Shown: positions 25,604 to 38,790 of the stretch, piece after piece
Position numbering within the stretch: the stretch's first letter is position 1
How the letters are laid out: the number at the start of each line of letters is the position of its first letter
DNA from: Octopus sinensis
Lineage: Eukaryota
Assembly (NCBI RefSeq): GCF_006345805.1
Contig: NC_042998.1
Coordinates: 43,834,001 to 43,898,000, forward strand
Reading direction: 5' to 3'
Length of the DNA stretch: 64,000 bases
Made by a program: the position numbers and the translations under genes
The notes under the pieces: model-generated
Seen by the model: only the letters and a program-made list of their open reading frames with translations
Told to the model about the DNA's origin: nothing
The model's database searches: none

Positions 25604-27544
25604 AAGGTGGCTTCATTTAATTGAACAATGCAATCATTACATCAATTTAAATGCAATGCCATCTTTGGCTACATAAATAAATAAATGGAATTTTAACCAG
25701 TAGGACATATTAATATAATTTTTCTTAAATATTATAACAGAGCAAGAAGATGGAGGAAATTTATGTTGTCGCTATTATAGCTTACAATATACTACAACTG
25801 CTAAGAATCGCATGGAACATAGTGGGGTCATTGGATTGTAACGGTTGTAATTCATATCTAATTCATTTATCTCTTTATCAACTACTAAATCTAAGACTAG
25901 AAGACTAGAAGACTGTGTCTATTTTGAATAAAGAGCCAGAGTGAGTTGACAGCTCATGGCTATGTATAGTCATAAATATTATCGTATGCATCCCTTTTCC
26001 CCAGGGAGGAAATAAAACATTAGGAGTAGTCAGTTGGATATAAGTAACTCTCTATAAAAAGAGGCAGGATAGAGGCAGACTTTAAATCATGATGTTGATT
26101 ACCAGTTAAGACACTAAGAAATTCAAGATTTTAATACTGAGGAAATTTTATTTATGGGCACTGTGGGAGAATGTTTATAAACAATATTGATTTGTTGTAT
26201 GAAAATATAATTTAAGAATTCCAAAATGGATATCATAACCAAAATAGGTAAAAGGTGTGTATATATCAATTATAAACATTAAAAAAGCAAGGTTGGTTTC
26301 ATAGAATCAGTTTAATATCCATCCATTCATGTATTTAATTAATTACTTATTAGATGGCTTCTATAAAGACTGCTCAAGGTGTTTATATATGGAATAACTG
26401 GAAAGATATACATGCTATCTATTAATTTTAAGCCATGAATCAGAAAAGTGTAAAAATGTATACAGATACACACACATATGTGTGCATATATGCAAATATA
26501 CACATACACAAATATTTATACGCTTATATAGATAGAGTATTACCTATTCGCATAGACTTAAGTAACTGAAAAATATCAATTTAAGAACAAGAAAAATAAC
26601 GATATATTAGGAATTAGAGGTTAATAAGTAAGGATATCAAAATAAGAAAACAAAATAATAAGAATTCATAGAAAATAATAAGAAATACATATAACCTACA
26701 TATAAAGAGACAGAGGATTGAAATTAGAGGCAGGGAAAAGATAAAGGTAACTCGAGAAGAGAGCTTAATAGGAATGGAAATAGCGAGGGCACTTAAAGGT
26801 ATTCAGACCGAAGAGATTTTATAAGTTGTAATGTTACAGGTGTTATTATATGTATGATTTTATAGTTTCTTGGAGGTATAAGATTTAGTCAAAAAGAGAC
26901 TTACTTACATAAAGTCACTACAAGTATACATATGATCAGTAGGGTAGAACATCATAGAAAGGAAAATAGTGTAAACACCAAAGTAGGCGGGGGTTATCAC
27001 GGGATAGTATTATATATAGCACACCACATTCCACAACGCATAACATATAACCTATGTAATACAATATAATTCACCATATAACATAATATATATCCCATGT
27101 TTTTTTTTTATATTCAATACTTGAACTTTATTGGGGGAATTAAATTTTGGTGTCGTATCCGTTGTAAACTTACCCTCCAGTATTAAGTACATCTTTCTGT
27201 CGATAAGATGAGTGCATCTCCTTCAAATTTCTGTTTCTCGTTTTTTTTTTTAATATTACCTGAATACAGCGTTAGATCATTGAGCAAAATTGTGTGGGTA
27301 ACATTAATGTTTCTCTCTTACGTAGATCTTAATATCCACTTGTGGCATTTTCTTAATAAAACTGACAAAGAGTTCACTACCAAAATGAACAGCATTAGAA
27401 TTCAAAAAGTAATCTGGATTATTCTTGCCAGCTTTCAATGGCACTAAAACTAAAGATAAATTACTTAGATATATCGAGTTTTCTTTGATATAAACGATTG
27501 TCAGGACATTCATTCGATGTTTGTGTGTTTACATCCTTCCTGTT

Positions 27545-27900
27545 TCATGCTTGCTGGGTCCGCGGTCATCTCAGGTTACTGGTCCCAAAGACGTCATCAT
27601 ACGTAGACCCGACCAGATCCATTTGTACCCTCCATGGCTAGCAGTTCCACGGCAGCACTTCTGCATCCTCCAAGGTGACGTTGAGCGTCGGGAGATCTTC
27701 CCCAATCACAGGGCCTGCCACGAGGGCTCTTCCAGCCTGCAGCTGCTGGTTCGAATGAGAATAAAGCTCTGGTAAGATGATCAAGCGGGAGACAAAGGAC
27801 ATGCGACAGATAGCTATAAGGAGGAAGTCTGAGGGATGATGCGTGTGCTCACACAGTTCTTTGCTATTTATAGTTCATTGTGAGCTTTTATGGAGACGCG
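27545..27900 (-). mobile_element. RTE-clade LINE 3' fragment
   Basis: Minus translation LSHVLCLPLDHLTRALFSFEPAAAGWKSPRGRP matches the RTE C-terminal GHVxRxxxxxxxxxxxxxxPxxGxRxRGRP motif. Confidence 0.6.
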
Positions 27901-28089
27901 TAGTCATGGTGGCAAAACGAGAGGAAAAACCGACAGCTAGGTCATTGACATATCAACTCGATTAGATGCGAAAGCATATTCTAGAACTGAAGGGTATTCG
28001 ACAAACGAATATTCTTTTCTTCGTTCAATGACATTTAAATAGATTTTTTTAAATGGAATTTTAGAAAAAAAAAAAAATAAATGTTGGTG

Positions 28090-28494
28090 CAGATACGGCT
28101 ATGCGGTTAGGAAGTTTGCACCTCAAACACGTGGTTTCGGTTTCGGGTTTTGTCCCACTGCATCACTGCATGGTACCTTCTTCAAGTGTCCCCTATTGAC
28201 CAGTGTCTTATGAATGGATTTTCATGACGGTAACTGTAAGCCCGTTATATATATGTATACATACAGACACACATATATGTGTCTGTGTGTGTATTCTAAT
28301 ATTCTTTTTCTTATTTCAGTCATGTCACTGCACCCATGCTGCAACACCTCCTTAAAGTGATTTAGTCGAAGAATTCGACCCGAGGGCTTATTCTTTGTAA
28401 GCCTAGAACTTAGTTTATCGGAGTCTTTTGCTGAACCGCTAAGTTACGGGGACAAATTCACACCAGCATCGGTTGTCAAGCGATGTTGGGGATA

Positions 28495-28543
<49 letters not shown>

Positions 28544-28551
28544 ACACACAA

Positions 28552-28588
<37 letters not shown>

Positions 28589-29050
28589 CAAAGAGACAGA
28601 CAGAGAGAGAGAGACAGAGGGAGAGAGAGAGGAGAGCAGTTAAAAAACTAAGCTTCCATGCGTGTTGAATAATCGATGTTTAAGTAAGACATCAACATTT
28701 ACCTTGATCCGAAATAACTATAATAGCGAGTGAGATGAACAAAGTCTATTTTACAGTGGTGAATACAGAGCTAGTTTCATATTTAATACACAAGTTAAAT
28801 TAATTTTTTAAAACTCCATTTTTTAAATACTCCCATATTTTTGAAAAAATACGAACAACTTTAAAATATATTTACCTTTATTCATCCACAGTAATTCGTA
28901 ATTCAAGGTACTCAAATATTTTCAGAAATATAGAGAAAGAAAATATATATATATTTACATACAACGGGCTTCTTTCAGTTTCTGTCTACCTAATTCACTC
29001 ACAAGGCTTCAGTCGGCCGAGGTGCCATGCAGTGGGACTGAACCTAGAGC
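28090..29050. mobile_element. SINE family C pieces: + head 28090-28245; minus tail 28305-28500; minus head 28962-29050
   Basis: Shared motifs GTCCCACTGC.TGGCACC, CTTCTTTCAGTTTC.G.CTACC and CCGCTAAGTTACGGGGAC, separated by microsatellites. Confidence 0.7.
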
Positions 29051-29209
29051 CACGCTTACACCTATATGTACGTGTGTGTGTATGGGGGGGGGTGCTTGCG
29101 TATATGTATGTATCTGTATATATGTGTATGAGCATACACCTTCATTAACACCACAATTTCTTAAAACTTTATATTTTATATTCAGTATTTTGGGCACTTA
29201 TTTCTAGCA

Positions 29210-32200
29210 CCACTGCAACCAGGCGAATCCTAAATCTCTCTTCACTCCCACCTTTACAAGGTTTCCTTTAACTTGAGATCTTCATTATCTTTTACAACTG
29301 TGTTATTACCATAATTACCCCCTTTCCTCTCATGTCTGCGAACTCTGATCTCTCTTGGTTATTTGACATCTGCTATTCTTCATCCCTTCGTCTCTATATA
29401 TGCACCTCTTACCTCTCTCGACTAGCATACCTCCACTATACTGACTAGTATATATCTATTCTACTAAATCCACCTGTCTGTCTTAACCTCCTGACTATAC
29501 TAAATATTCCTATTCTACCTTCATTTATTCTGTATTCAAAGCTGGAACTGATAACTTCCAATATTTCTCGCCATGGATTATCATCGAACATTCTCATTTG
29601 AAGCTGCAATTGGATATTACCTATAACTGTATTTTTCATTTGATCGTGGATCTACATAAAACATTCCAATTTTACTCTGATCCTTCCTCCATTTATGACA
29701 AACTGGAACACACTAATATACTCGATTGGGGACTTCCTTAGCTTTTACAGATCTTTAACTTCTCCCTCTCTGGTGACGGTATACTCACACTATGAAATCT
29801 TTATTCAATATGATGTTTCACACATTTAGCTTTCCTAGAAACAGCTGTGAGAGACTCTGTATATCTATATTCTTTATCTAAATTAAATGTCTTTTTCAAG
29901 TGCGGCCAAAAATTTGCCATTTGACTTTTACTTTAATCTTTACATATATGTACTGCGATTCCAAACTGGAACACACTAATATCCTCGATTGGAGACTTCC
30001 TTAGCTTTTACAGATCTTTAACTTCTCCCTCTCTAGTGACGGTATACTCACACTATGAAACCTTTATTCAATATGATGTTTCACACATTTGGCTTTCCTA
30101 GAAACAGCTGTGAGAGACTCTGTATATCTATATTCTTTATCCAAATTAAATGTCTTTTTCAAGTGCGGCCAAAAATTTGCCTTTTGACTTTTACTTTAAT
30201 CTTTACATATATGTACTGCGATTCCACTGTTTCCTTTCTTTCTCTATTATCCCCCATATTTTAGTTCCCCTCCCTCTTTGTCTTTCTTTCACTCTCTACT
30301 ATCTTTCGTTCCTTCTCCATTCTCCTCACTCTCTTTGTTTCTTTCCCTCATCCTCTCTTGCCTCGCTTCCACTCTGTCTGTCGAACACTATAGGCCTTTT
30401 TTCTCGTCTCTGTCTTTTCTGAATGCGACGTCCAATTAGCTGGACGTCATTTCTTTCTCTCGTCTTTCGACATTTTTTCTCTTCTACTATTTTCCTCTAT
30501 CTATCTTATATCCTTTCAAAATCTCTCTCACGCGTTACCCATTGCAATTTGTCTTGGCCTCTATTGTATCTGTCTTTGTATGACGGTTGTCGCTCTGACA
30601 GATATTGTCGTATTCCTAAGTCGTCGATAGGACGTTTCTGTCTGGCACCGTACGACCCCCAGTTGTACAGTGTTATTATCCCCAAAACGTTGGGTCGTTA
30701 TAACTCCCACTCAGTATAGCAGTATAATTACTTGAGCAGTACAGACACGACTAACCGACGCAGTCTAACACGTACTCTCCCGATACTCGCAGACATCACC
30801 ATATTTATAGTGACAGTTCATTCCACTCGTCACGTGGGAGGCGTGTACTATTATGACGAATACCCTACAACTCTTTCCTAAGTGCCTCTTTTAGTTTCCT
30901 AACTAGGTCTCCATCTATCCTAGATTTCTCTAACTCTATTTCCTTACTAAAACCTACTGCCTCTACTCTAATACCCCTTCTCAGGTCTATCCATCATTCG
31001 TTGTTGCCGATTGTGCCTGCCAACTTCCGATGTACTAATTTGTTAAACAGGTCTCTAAAAGCATGGCGTGCTGGGAAGGACGCGTTCAGCGTCCAACATC
31101 CAGGGCCCTGTCTATGGATCTTATGTCGACCGTACAGATCACAAATTTATGGTCTGTGTGTCGATGACTTTGAAATGTAGACAACTTATACTACTTCTAT
31201 CTACTTGCCTACAAAATAATATATCTAGAAACGATCTGGAAAACGCGATGCGGTTTGCCCATGTTCACACTGGTGCATTCGGAAAATCCATTCGGTGCCT
31301 GTCGGCCATCTGACAGTGACTGAGCAGGTTTTGGAGTTTTTACTCCCACCTTTCCTATCAGTTAGCCTCACCCTATCCAGGCGTGCTCCCAAGATCGTGG
31401 TCCAGTCACCCACTAACATTAAAGAGCGTGACGTCCCAAGGAAAACCTCCAACGTCTGGAGTAATCTAGCTGCTCCGCCGCCGTGGGATCGTAAACACCG
31501 ACTAGTCTAAAGGCTCAGCCTTCACTGTCGCTCACGACCAGGACCAACAACTTACTCTCCGGTCCAGGAAGATCGTCCGAACTTCGAGGCCCAGGCCTCT
31601 CCAAAACAGCACTGCACTCCGCCTCCTATTTCGGGCCAGCCAAGAGATGCGTAGATCTCTTAATCGTCAAACATGGGTGCAATATCGCGTGTGTCGGAAA
31701 TCCTGGTCTCACTGGCTGTTATCAGATCCAAACCTAGCGACTTGAGATCAATGAGCAAGCGACCTTGCTTCTAGTGTGACCTCAGGCGGCGAACATTTAT
31801 GCAGCCCACTGTAATAATCGCCATGACGGATCGAAAGGGTGGAAGAAAAGAAAAGAAGCGGAGCTACTTACCATCATGGAGCTTTTGGCAGCCCGATGAT
31901 CCGGACTCTGCATCTCGTGGTTCCTCTAGTAAAACGGCTAAAGACTCTTCGTGACACGGACATTTGGCCTTCCAACAACGTGCGGGAAATCCCTCTGAAT
32001 GTCTTTGTACACTTTGAGGGGTAGCCAAGTTAGCATTAAGTGGTCCGGAACCTTCAGGGTACTGGTGTCAAAGATTGCACCCTCTCTCTCAATCCTCTTG
32101 TTTCTGGCTATGAGAGCCAGCAAATTTTTGTTGGTTCTCCTCATGAGCACGTAATTGGGTGTTTCTATATTGGTTACTATGAGCTTCCTTTTGGGGGCTA

Positions 32201-33965
32201 TGTGTGGTTGTGAGTGCATTGGTGAATTTGGTTAGGGTAGTGGTGGTTGTGGAGATGGTGGTGGTTGTGGTGCTGGTGGTGCTGGTATTGCTTTTGCTGT
32301 GTTTATGTTTGATGTGCTGCGGTTGCTGTGTCTATGTTCGATGTGCTGGGGTATTGGTGTAGGTTCACCTAATTGCTTTTTCTTTGTCTCTTACATTTTA
32401 TTGCTTTGTAAAGTTGTTCCTCGTCTTCACTACGAGATGAAGGAAGACTAGTGTCTGTAGGATCTGCCTCGGGGAGTGTGAGCGTATTTGTGTGAATGCA
32501 TGCTGGAGAAGGGAGTGGGGGAGTCTGGTTTGAAAGGGTCTGCATTGTATACGGTCTCTTTGTTGTTGTTGGAGATGAGACTACAGTTTTATTAAAAGGT
32601 CTCTGTTGTTGTTGTTGGGGATGCGATGTAGGCTGCAGGTGTGGTCACATACCTTCCAACTTTTGGGAGCTGAAGGCTCTCATGTGGCTTGTGGTCCCGC
32701 AGATGTTACATCTGTGCTTCTTGCCTTCCACAAAAAAACACAGTTCCATACCGTTGGACAGCTGGATCAGGTCCGGTATGTTCTCGATATTTCTGGTTTT
32801 ACATGGATTAATAATTCCAAGTTGATCCCGAACCAGTTGTCCCTGCTGCTACTTTTTATCTCCGGGAGTGACTTTGGGTCCTGCACCACACAGGCGATAA
32901 TCCACCCGACGTTTACACCCGGTGGCACAGTCGTTACCCAAATTCTCGTTGTTCTCTTTGAGAGATAGGGGTGATACAGGAACCACTCCTCAGTCTACCG
33001 GGTAACACTGCGTGTCTTCGCGCGAGGTCCTCACTTTTAAAGAGGACGTCAATGCTGGCAAACTAACTCCCTCTCTGTATATAGATTACATCTATTAAAA
33101 ATTCTTTTGGGGACTTCTAAACGTGACTGATGGAAGCTATTTCTACTCTTCTACTTTTGCCTGTATTCTTTCAGGAGGAACGAACATTTCTGCTTTACCA
33201 CACTGAGATTCAATAACATGTTTTCTCATTGAGTGCGATGGCAAACATTTCTCTCTTTGTGTTCGCTACATCAGCAAACCTTTTGTTTTTGCTGTTGCTT
33301 TTGTTGTTCCCGCCATCGTTGCTGTTGTTGTTGTTGCTACTGCTGCTGCTGTTGCTGTTGGTGGTAGTGGTTGTGGAGTTGTAGCCACTTCCGCTGTTGC
33401 TACTCTCAATACTAGTTACCGCTATTTCCTTCCACCCCGCTTTCAGCTGTCGCATTATTTCCCCTGCTAAAATCCTTAGCATTGTTAACATAACTGCTGT
33501 TACTGTCACCCCTACTGCTGCTGTCACTCTTTCTCGTGTTGTTGCTGCTGCTGCTGCTGCTGTCATTGCTACCACTGCTGTTGTCGATGTTGCCACTGCT
33601 GCTACTCCGAGGTGGACTTTGTACTTTTTCTCCTTTTTTCCTCCTCCCCTTCTCCTGTATTGTTGCCAGTAAAAGAGGGAAGGGAAATCTCCAGCAGTCA
33701 CTAGACTTGCGAGAGAGATAGCATTTTTTTCTAAGCCCTTTCAAGATGGGCTCCGCTATCTTTTTGAATTATACAGGATAAAACGCCCACCTAACTTATT
33801 CTTTGGGTGGGGAGAATATAGCCCGGTAAGGGGCCAAACAAACACACATGCCCAGCGACAGGTTCCTGGTGTTTCTATTAACAACTTCAAAAAAAATGTA
33901 AACCGAAAAAACGACACCAAACAGGCGTAAGCAAATGTTTTCATAAGAAGTTACTGCGAGCGTTC

Positions 33966-33968
<3 letters not shown>
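29210..33968 (-). mobile_element. Old Tx1/L1-like LINE: 5' end, ORF1 (zinc knuckle), ORF2 APE and RT; 3' end missing
   Basis: Minus strand: low-complexity ORF1 N-terminus (33.2-33.7 kb); NIENIPDLIQLSNGMELCFFVEGKKHRCNICGTTSHMRAFS knuckle (32.65-32.8 kb); ORF2 start MAIITVGCINVRRL at 31824 with ASETRI, LVGDW and TDHKF APE motifs; decayed RT RINEG..FSIVRRLRQ near 29.5 kb. Roughly collinear with the 48-54 kb element. Many stops. Confidence 0.85.
29700..30226. repeat. 263-bp direct tandem duplication inside the decayed RT region
   Basis: AAACTGGAACACACTAAT...TACTGCGATTCCA starts at 29700 and again at 29963, with few substitutions. Confidence 0.95.
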
Positions 33969-34028
<60 letters not shown>

Positions 34029-34098
34029 TAATAACAACAACAACATGCAAAAATACCTTAAGAATGAGAACGCAGGTATAATAATAATAATAATGATA

Positions 34099-34130
<32 letters not shown>
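33968..34130. repeat. (AAT)n arrays
   Basis: AAT runs at 33968-34030 and 34059-34128. Confidence 0.95.
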
Positions 34131-34139
34131 CTCTAATTT

Positions 34140-34323
34140 TGCCTTAAGGGCGGAAATTTTGGGGGAAGAGATGTGTCGGTTATATTGACACCAGTAGTTC
34201 ACTGGTATTTAATCTATGGACCCCGAAAGGATGAAAGGTAAAGTCGACCTTAGCAGAATTTGAACTCAGAACATAAAGACATTTCGCTCGGCGTGCGAAC
34301 GATTCTGCTAGTTCGCCGCCTTA
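34140..34323 (-). mobile_element. SINE family B copy flanked by (AAT)n on both sides
   Basis: Same core as the copies at 17.4-18.6 kb. Confidence 0.85.
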
Positions 34324-34403
<80 letters not shown>

Positions 34404-34404
<1 letters not shown>

Positions 34405-35980
34405 TTACCAAAGAAATAGATATGAAATTTGGATTAGAAAAATGCGCCAAAGTAACCATGAAAAGAGGAAAACTAGTTAAGAGTAACAACATCACACTAG
34501 ATAAAACCAATGAAATAAAAGAATTAGACCAAAGCCAAACTTACAAATACTTAGGAATCCATGAACTAGATAAGACACAACACACACAAATGAAAGAGAA
34601 AATAAAAAAGAATATTATAGACGAGTTAGATCAATACTAAACACAGAGCTCAATGCTAAAAACAAGATAATAGGTATCAACACTTTAGCTGTCCCAGTTA
34701 TAAGTTACAGCTACAATATCCTTAACTGGACACGAAATGAACTGACCAAAATAGATAGGAAAACAAGAAAAATAATGACAGGATCTAGGATGCATCACCC
34801 AAAATCTGACATAGAAAGACTATATATACAACGTATAGAAGGTGGTAGAGGCCTTATACAGCTGGAAAACTACTATAAAATAACCACCATAGGACTGCAA
34901 AAATATCTACTTCAGAAGGAAGGAAAACTGATCCAGATAGCGGCAAAACACGAGCAAAACAAAAACTGTTCTCAGTATTTAAGGAAGCTGACAAATACAA
35001 ACAAGAAATCATACCACCTAATAAACATGAAGAAGAAGAAGAAGATGAAGAAACAACAAAAGCTATAAAACAAATGAAATCCAAACTAAAAATAGAACAG
35101 CAACGAAACATGATAAAACGATGGCAAAAAAGCCCCTTCATGGTAAATACTGGACTAAACTAAACGCAAAAGAAATAGACAAAGAAAAATCCCAGCAATG
35201 GTTGAGAAGCTCAGGACTCAAAGCAGAAACAGAGGGATTTTTAATTGCAGCACAAGACCAAAGCCTCCCCACCAGAAATTACCAAAACATGTAATGAAAA
35301 GAAATATTACAAGTAACTGCAGAATATGTGGAGATGGACAAGAAACAATAAATCATATTATCTCTAGCTGCCCAGTCTTGGCTAAGAAGGAATATATTCA
35401 CAGACATGACAGAGTTGGAACCTACATACATTGGAAGCTATGCCTACATTATGGAATAACAACAGAAAAAAGATGGTATAGGCACACACCAGAAAAGGTC
35501 ACAGAAAACGAGAAAGCAACCATACTCTGGGATATGCCGATACACACAGATAGAGAAATTAAGGCCAACAGACCAGATATAGTTGTCAGAGATCATGAAG
35601 AAAAAAAATGCTTTCTAATTGATGTATCAATACCGGCTGATGACAACGTTCTCTAAAAGAAATGGAGAAACTCTCAAAATACAAAGACCTGGAAATAGAG
35701 GTAACTAGAATGTGGAATCTGAAAACAGAAACAATTCCTATCATAGTAGGTGCATTAGGCATGATAAAAAAATATTCAGACAAATACATAACAAAAACAC
35801 CAGGACTTACAAACACATATAACATACAGAAAATTGCACTACTAGGCACTGCACATATCCTACGCAGAACACTTTCCATACAATAATCATCAGAGCATCA
35901 CAACAAATCACAGCACATACCCAAGGCACACAGAGCTGTGCTCGGTAGTGAAGTGAAAGCACGCTATAAAAATAAAACTA

Positions 35981-35983
<3 letters not shown>
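34404..35983 (+). mobile_element. 5'-truncated R4/Dong-clade non-LTR retrotransposon (RT C-terminus, CCHC finger, restriction-like endonuclease)
   Basis: MKFGLEKCAKV, YKYLG, RLYIQRIEGGRGL, CRICGDGQETINHIISSC zinc finger, ANRPDIVV..CFLIDVSIP (PD..D REL motif), KLSKYKDL, IPIIVGALG; stop at 35886, short 3' UTR. (AAT)n on both sides (34324-34404 and 35984-36043). Several 1-bp frameshifts. Confidence 0.9.
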
Positions 35984-36022
<39 letters not shown>

Positions 36023-36886
36023 TAATAATAATAATAATAATAATCCTTTCTGCTTACGGCATTTTGGTTGGTGGGATGGGCTAGTCGATAATATCGAGCC
36101 CAATAAGACAAAAGGTAAAAACGATCTCGTTCGAATTACAAACTTTGAACGTAATACTTCGGAAGAAATACCACAGAGCCTGTACAAAAAAAAATAATAA
36201 TAATATAAAACGAATAAATGAATGAATAAATAAATAAATATTTATTTTACAGCTTCAGTTAAGACGCTATTTCTGAAAGAATTCGCTACTTGAGGGACGC
36301 TACTACAGTGAAAATTCTGCTGATTGTCTCCCCTGTAAATAATTTTCTTTCTCCAGCTAATACTATTGTTGCATTTCCATAGATTATGCTAAATACACAT
36401 AGAATCGTTCAGTTATCGTAGTGTAAAGTTTTTCTCAAACGTATTATTATCTATAGATTACGTATTATTTCAAATCGGAAGCTTAATTAGGCTAGTATAT
36501 CGCCATATATCACGTACCACCACAAAAAGAATAAACAAAAATGTCTTATGATGGCAGCAAATTTATTCGCTGTTTAGTTGATATAATAATTACCAGTACA
36601 TAAACGGTTACTGATTTTGTATATGTTTTAGGAATGATTCAGTGTTACTAAATACTGCAAAATCCAGTGTCTTACTTAATATGTTATATATCATTTCTAT
36701 TAACCAAACAAAGGAGGAAAAAAATGAAGACTGACAACAAGAATATTTTTTAAAAACCCGTATACACACTCACGTACGTTTGTGCGTGTGTTTGTGTATG
36801 TGTGTGTGTGTGTGTGCATATATATGTATATAATATAAGTATATGTATGTATATATATGCATACATGCATGTATATATGTATGTAT

Positions 36887-36971
<85 letters not shown>

Positions 36972-36989
36972 CTGTTATTCTAATACTTG

Positions 36990-37214
36990 TTTCAGCCATT
37001 TGATTGCGGCCATGCTAGAGCACACTCTTAGAGGGTTTATGTCAGAGAAATTGACCCCAGCACTTATATTTTGTAAGCCTAGTACTTACCTAGCAATTAT
37101 TCTATCGGTAATGTTGCCGAACCGATAAGTTACGGGGACTTAAACACAACAAAATCCGCTGTCAACCGATGGATGGGTGAAAAAACACAGAGACAAAGAC
37201 ACACACATATAAAT

Positions 37215-37249
<35 letters not shown>

Positions 37250-37403
37250 CATATACGATGGGCTTCTTTCAGTTTCCGCCTACCAAATCCATGTACAAGG
37301 CTTTGGTCGGTCCAAGGCTATAGTAGTGTGTATGTTTGTTTGAGGGTATGTGTGTGTGTACATATGTATATGTATACGTATATATTATATATACGTGTGT
37401 GTG

Positions 37404-37486
<83 letters not shown>

Positions 37487-37487
37487 G

Positions 37488-37522
<35 letters not shown>

Positions 37523-38060
37523 GTGTATATGCACTAAGTACGATACACGCGAAGCTATTTTCATTTAAGACTCCATCAATTGCGTATATAGTAGAAGACA
37601 CAAAGGCTATATCAGAAGACACTTGCCCAAGGTGTCACGCTGTTGGACTGAACTCGGAATCATATGGTGCGGAAGCAAGCTCATTTCTATGCGGCCATAT
37701 CTGCGCCTGAAGACGTGTGTGTGCGTGTGTATGTGTGTGTGCGTGTGTATGTGTGTGTGTGCGTGTGTATGTGTGTGTGCGTGTGCGCGTATATGTACGC
37801 ATGTATGTATGTATGTATATATGTATGTGTGTATATATAGATATATAAGTTACGAGGACGCAAACAAACCAACATGGGACACATACATTTGTATATATAA
37901 TAAGCTTCTTTCAATTTCCTCCTCTACCATGTCCATTCACAAGGCTTTGGTTAAACAGAGGTTATAGTAGAAGCTACTTGCCCAAAATGCCACGCAGTGG
38001 GATTGAACCCAAGGCCGCATAGCTGGGAAACAAGCTTCTTAGCTACACAACTACTCTCGC
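36990..38060 (-). mobile_element. SINE family C copies interrupted by microsatellites (36990-37325, 37600-37700, 37895-38060)
   Basis: CTTCTTTCAGTTTCCGCCTACCAAATCCA..CAAGGCTTTGGT and AGAAGACACTTGCCCAAGGTG.CACGC.GTGGGACTGAAC motifs. Confidence 0.8.
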
Positions 38061-38134
38061 GCCTGTCTTTAGTTTTGTACATACGTTGTTACAATTTACA
38101 ACACTAACATTTTATAAATTACAAATTTATATTA

Positions 38135-38790
38135 TTTTATTCTTTTATGTTTCAGTCCAATGACTGTGGCCATGCTGGAGCACCGCCATTGTAATCATCT
38201 TTCCACTTTCCACATTTGGTGGAGGATGGAGTTCGATGCTACTGTCCTCTTTTGAGTTTCTTGCTTTGATATTGGCTCATCCGGGATCTCGGCGAGCCAG
38301 AGGTTAAGTTCACGTTTGAAAACGTCTACATCCACTCCATGGAGGCTCCTCAGATGCTTTGGCAGACAGTTAAAAAACTGTGGGCCCCGGAAGCCCAAGC
38401 TATTGCAGTACATCGTCCTTGCCCGAGATGAAGCAGTCGGCACAGTGGGAGACAGCACAGTGACGTCCAGTTCGTGGTCTGGTATAGCTCTTTACTCCAA
38501 AGTTTGGTACCAGTCCTTCCAGTATCTTCCATATATATATATATCACTGCATACCTCTCACGCCTTCGTTCCAGGGAATAGAGTCACAGCTCTTTCAACC
38601 TGTCCCAGTAGCTCAATCGTTCCAATTGATGCAATTTTCTTTGTGTAATGTCGTTGGACTGCTTCAAGCTCTGCTATATTCCTTGTAGTATAAGGCAACC
38701 ATAGATGAGAGCAGTAGTCCAGTCGGCTGAGGATAAATGACTTCCATAGTGTCATCATAGTTTCTTGCACAGCAGTGAAATAAAACACTC
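38135..38790 (-). mobile_element. CR1/L2-group LINE 3' fragment with intact tail
   Basis: TLWKSFILSRLDYCSHLWLPY..LEAVQRHYTKKI and SLGFRGPQFFNCLP..FKRELNLWLAEIPDEP. Tail GGCGGTGCTCCAGCATGGCCACAGTC..GACTGAAAC followed by A-rich repeats. Confidence 0.85.

Noticed and set aside
25900-27120. Purine-rich stretch resembling a decayed L1-type 3' region
   Set aside because: Composition is suggestive, but no motif could be read.
32496-33744. Plus-strand ORFs of 90-120 aa
   Set aside because: Antisense shadows of the minus-strand LINE ORF1.
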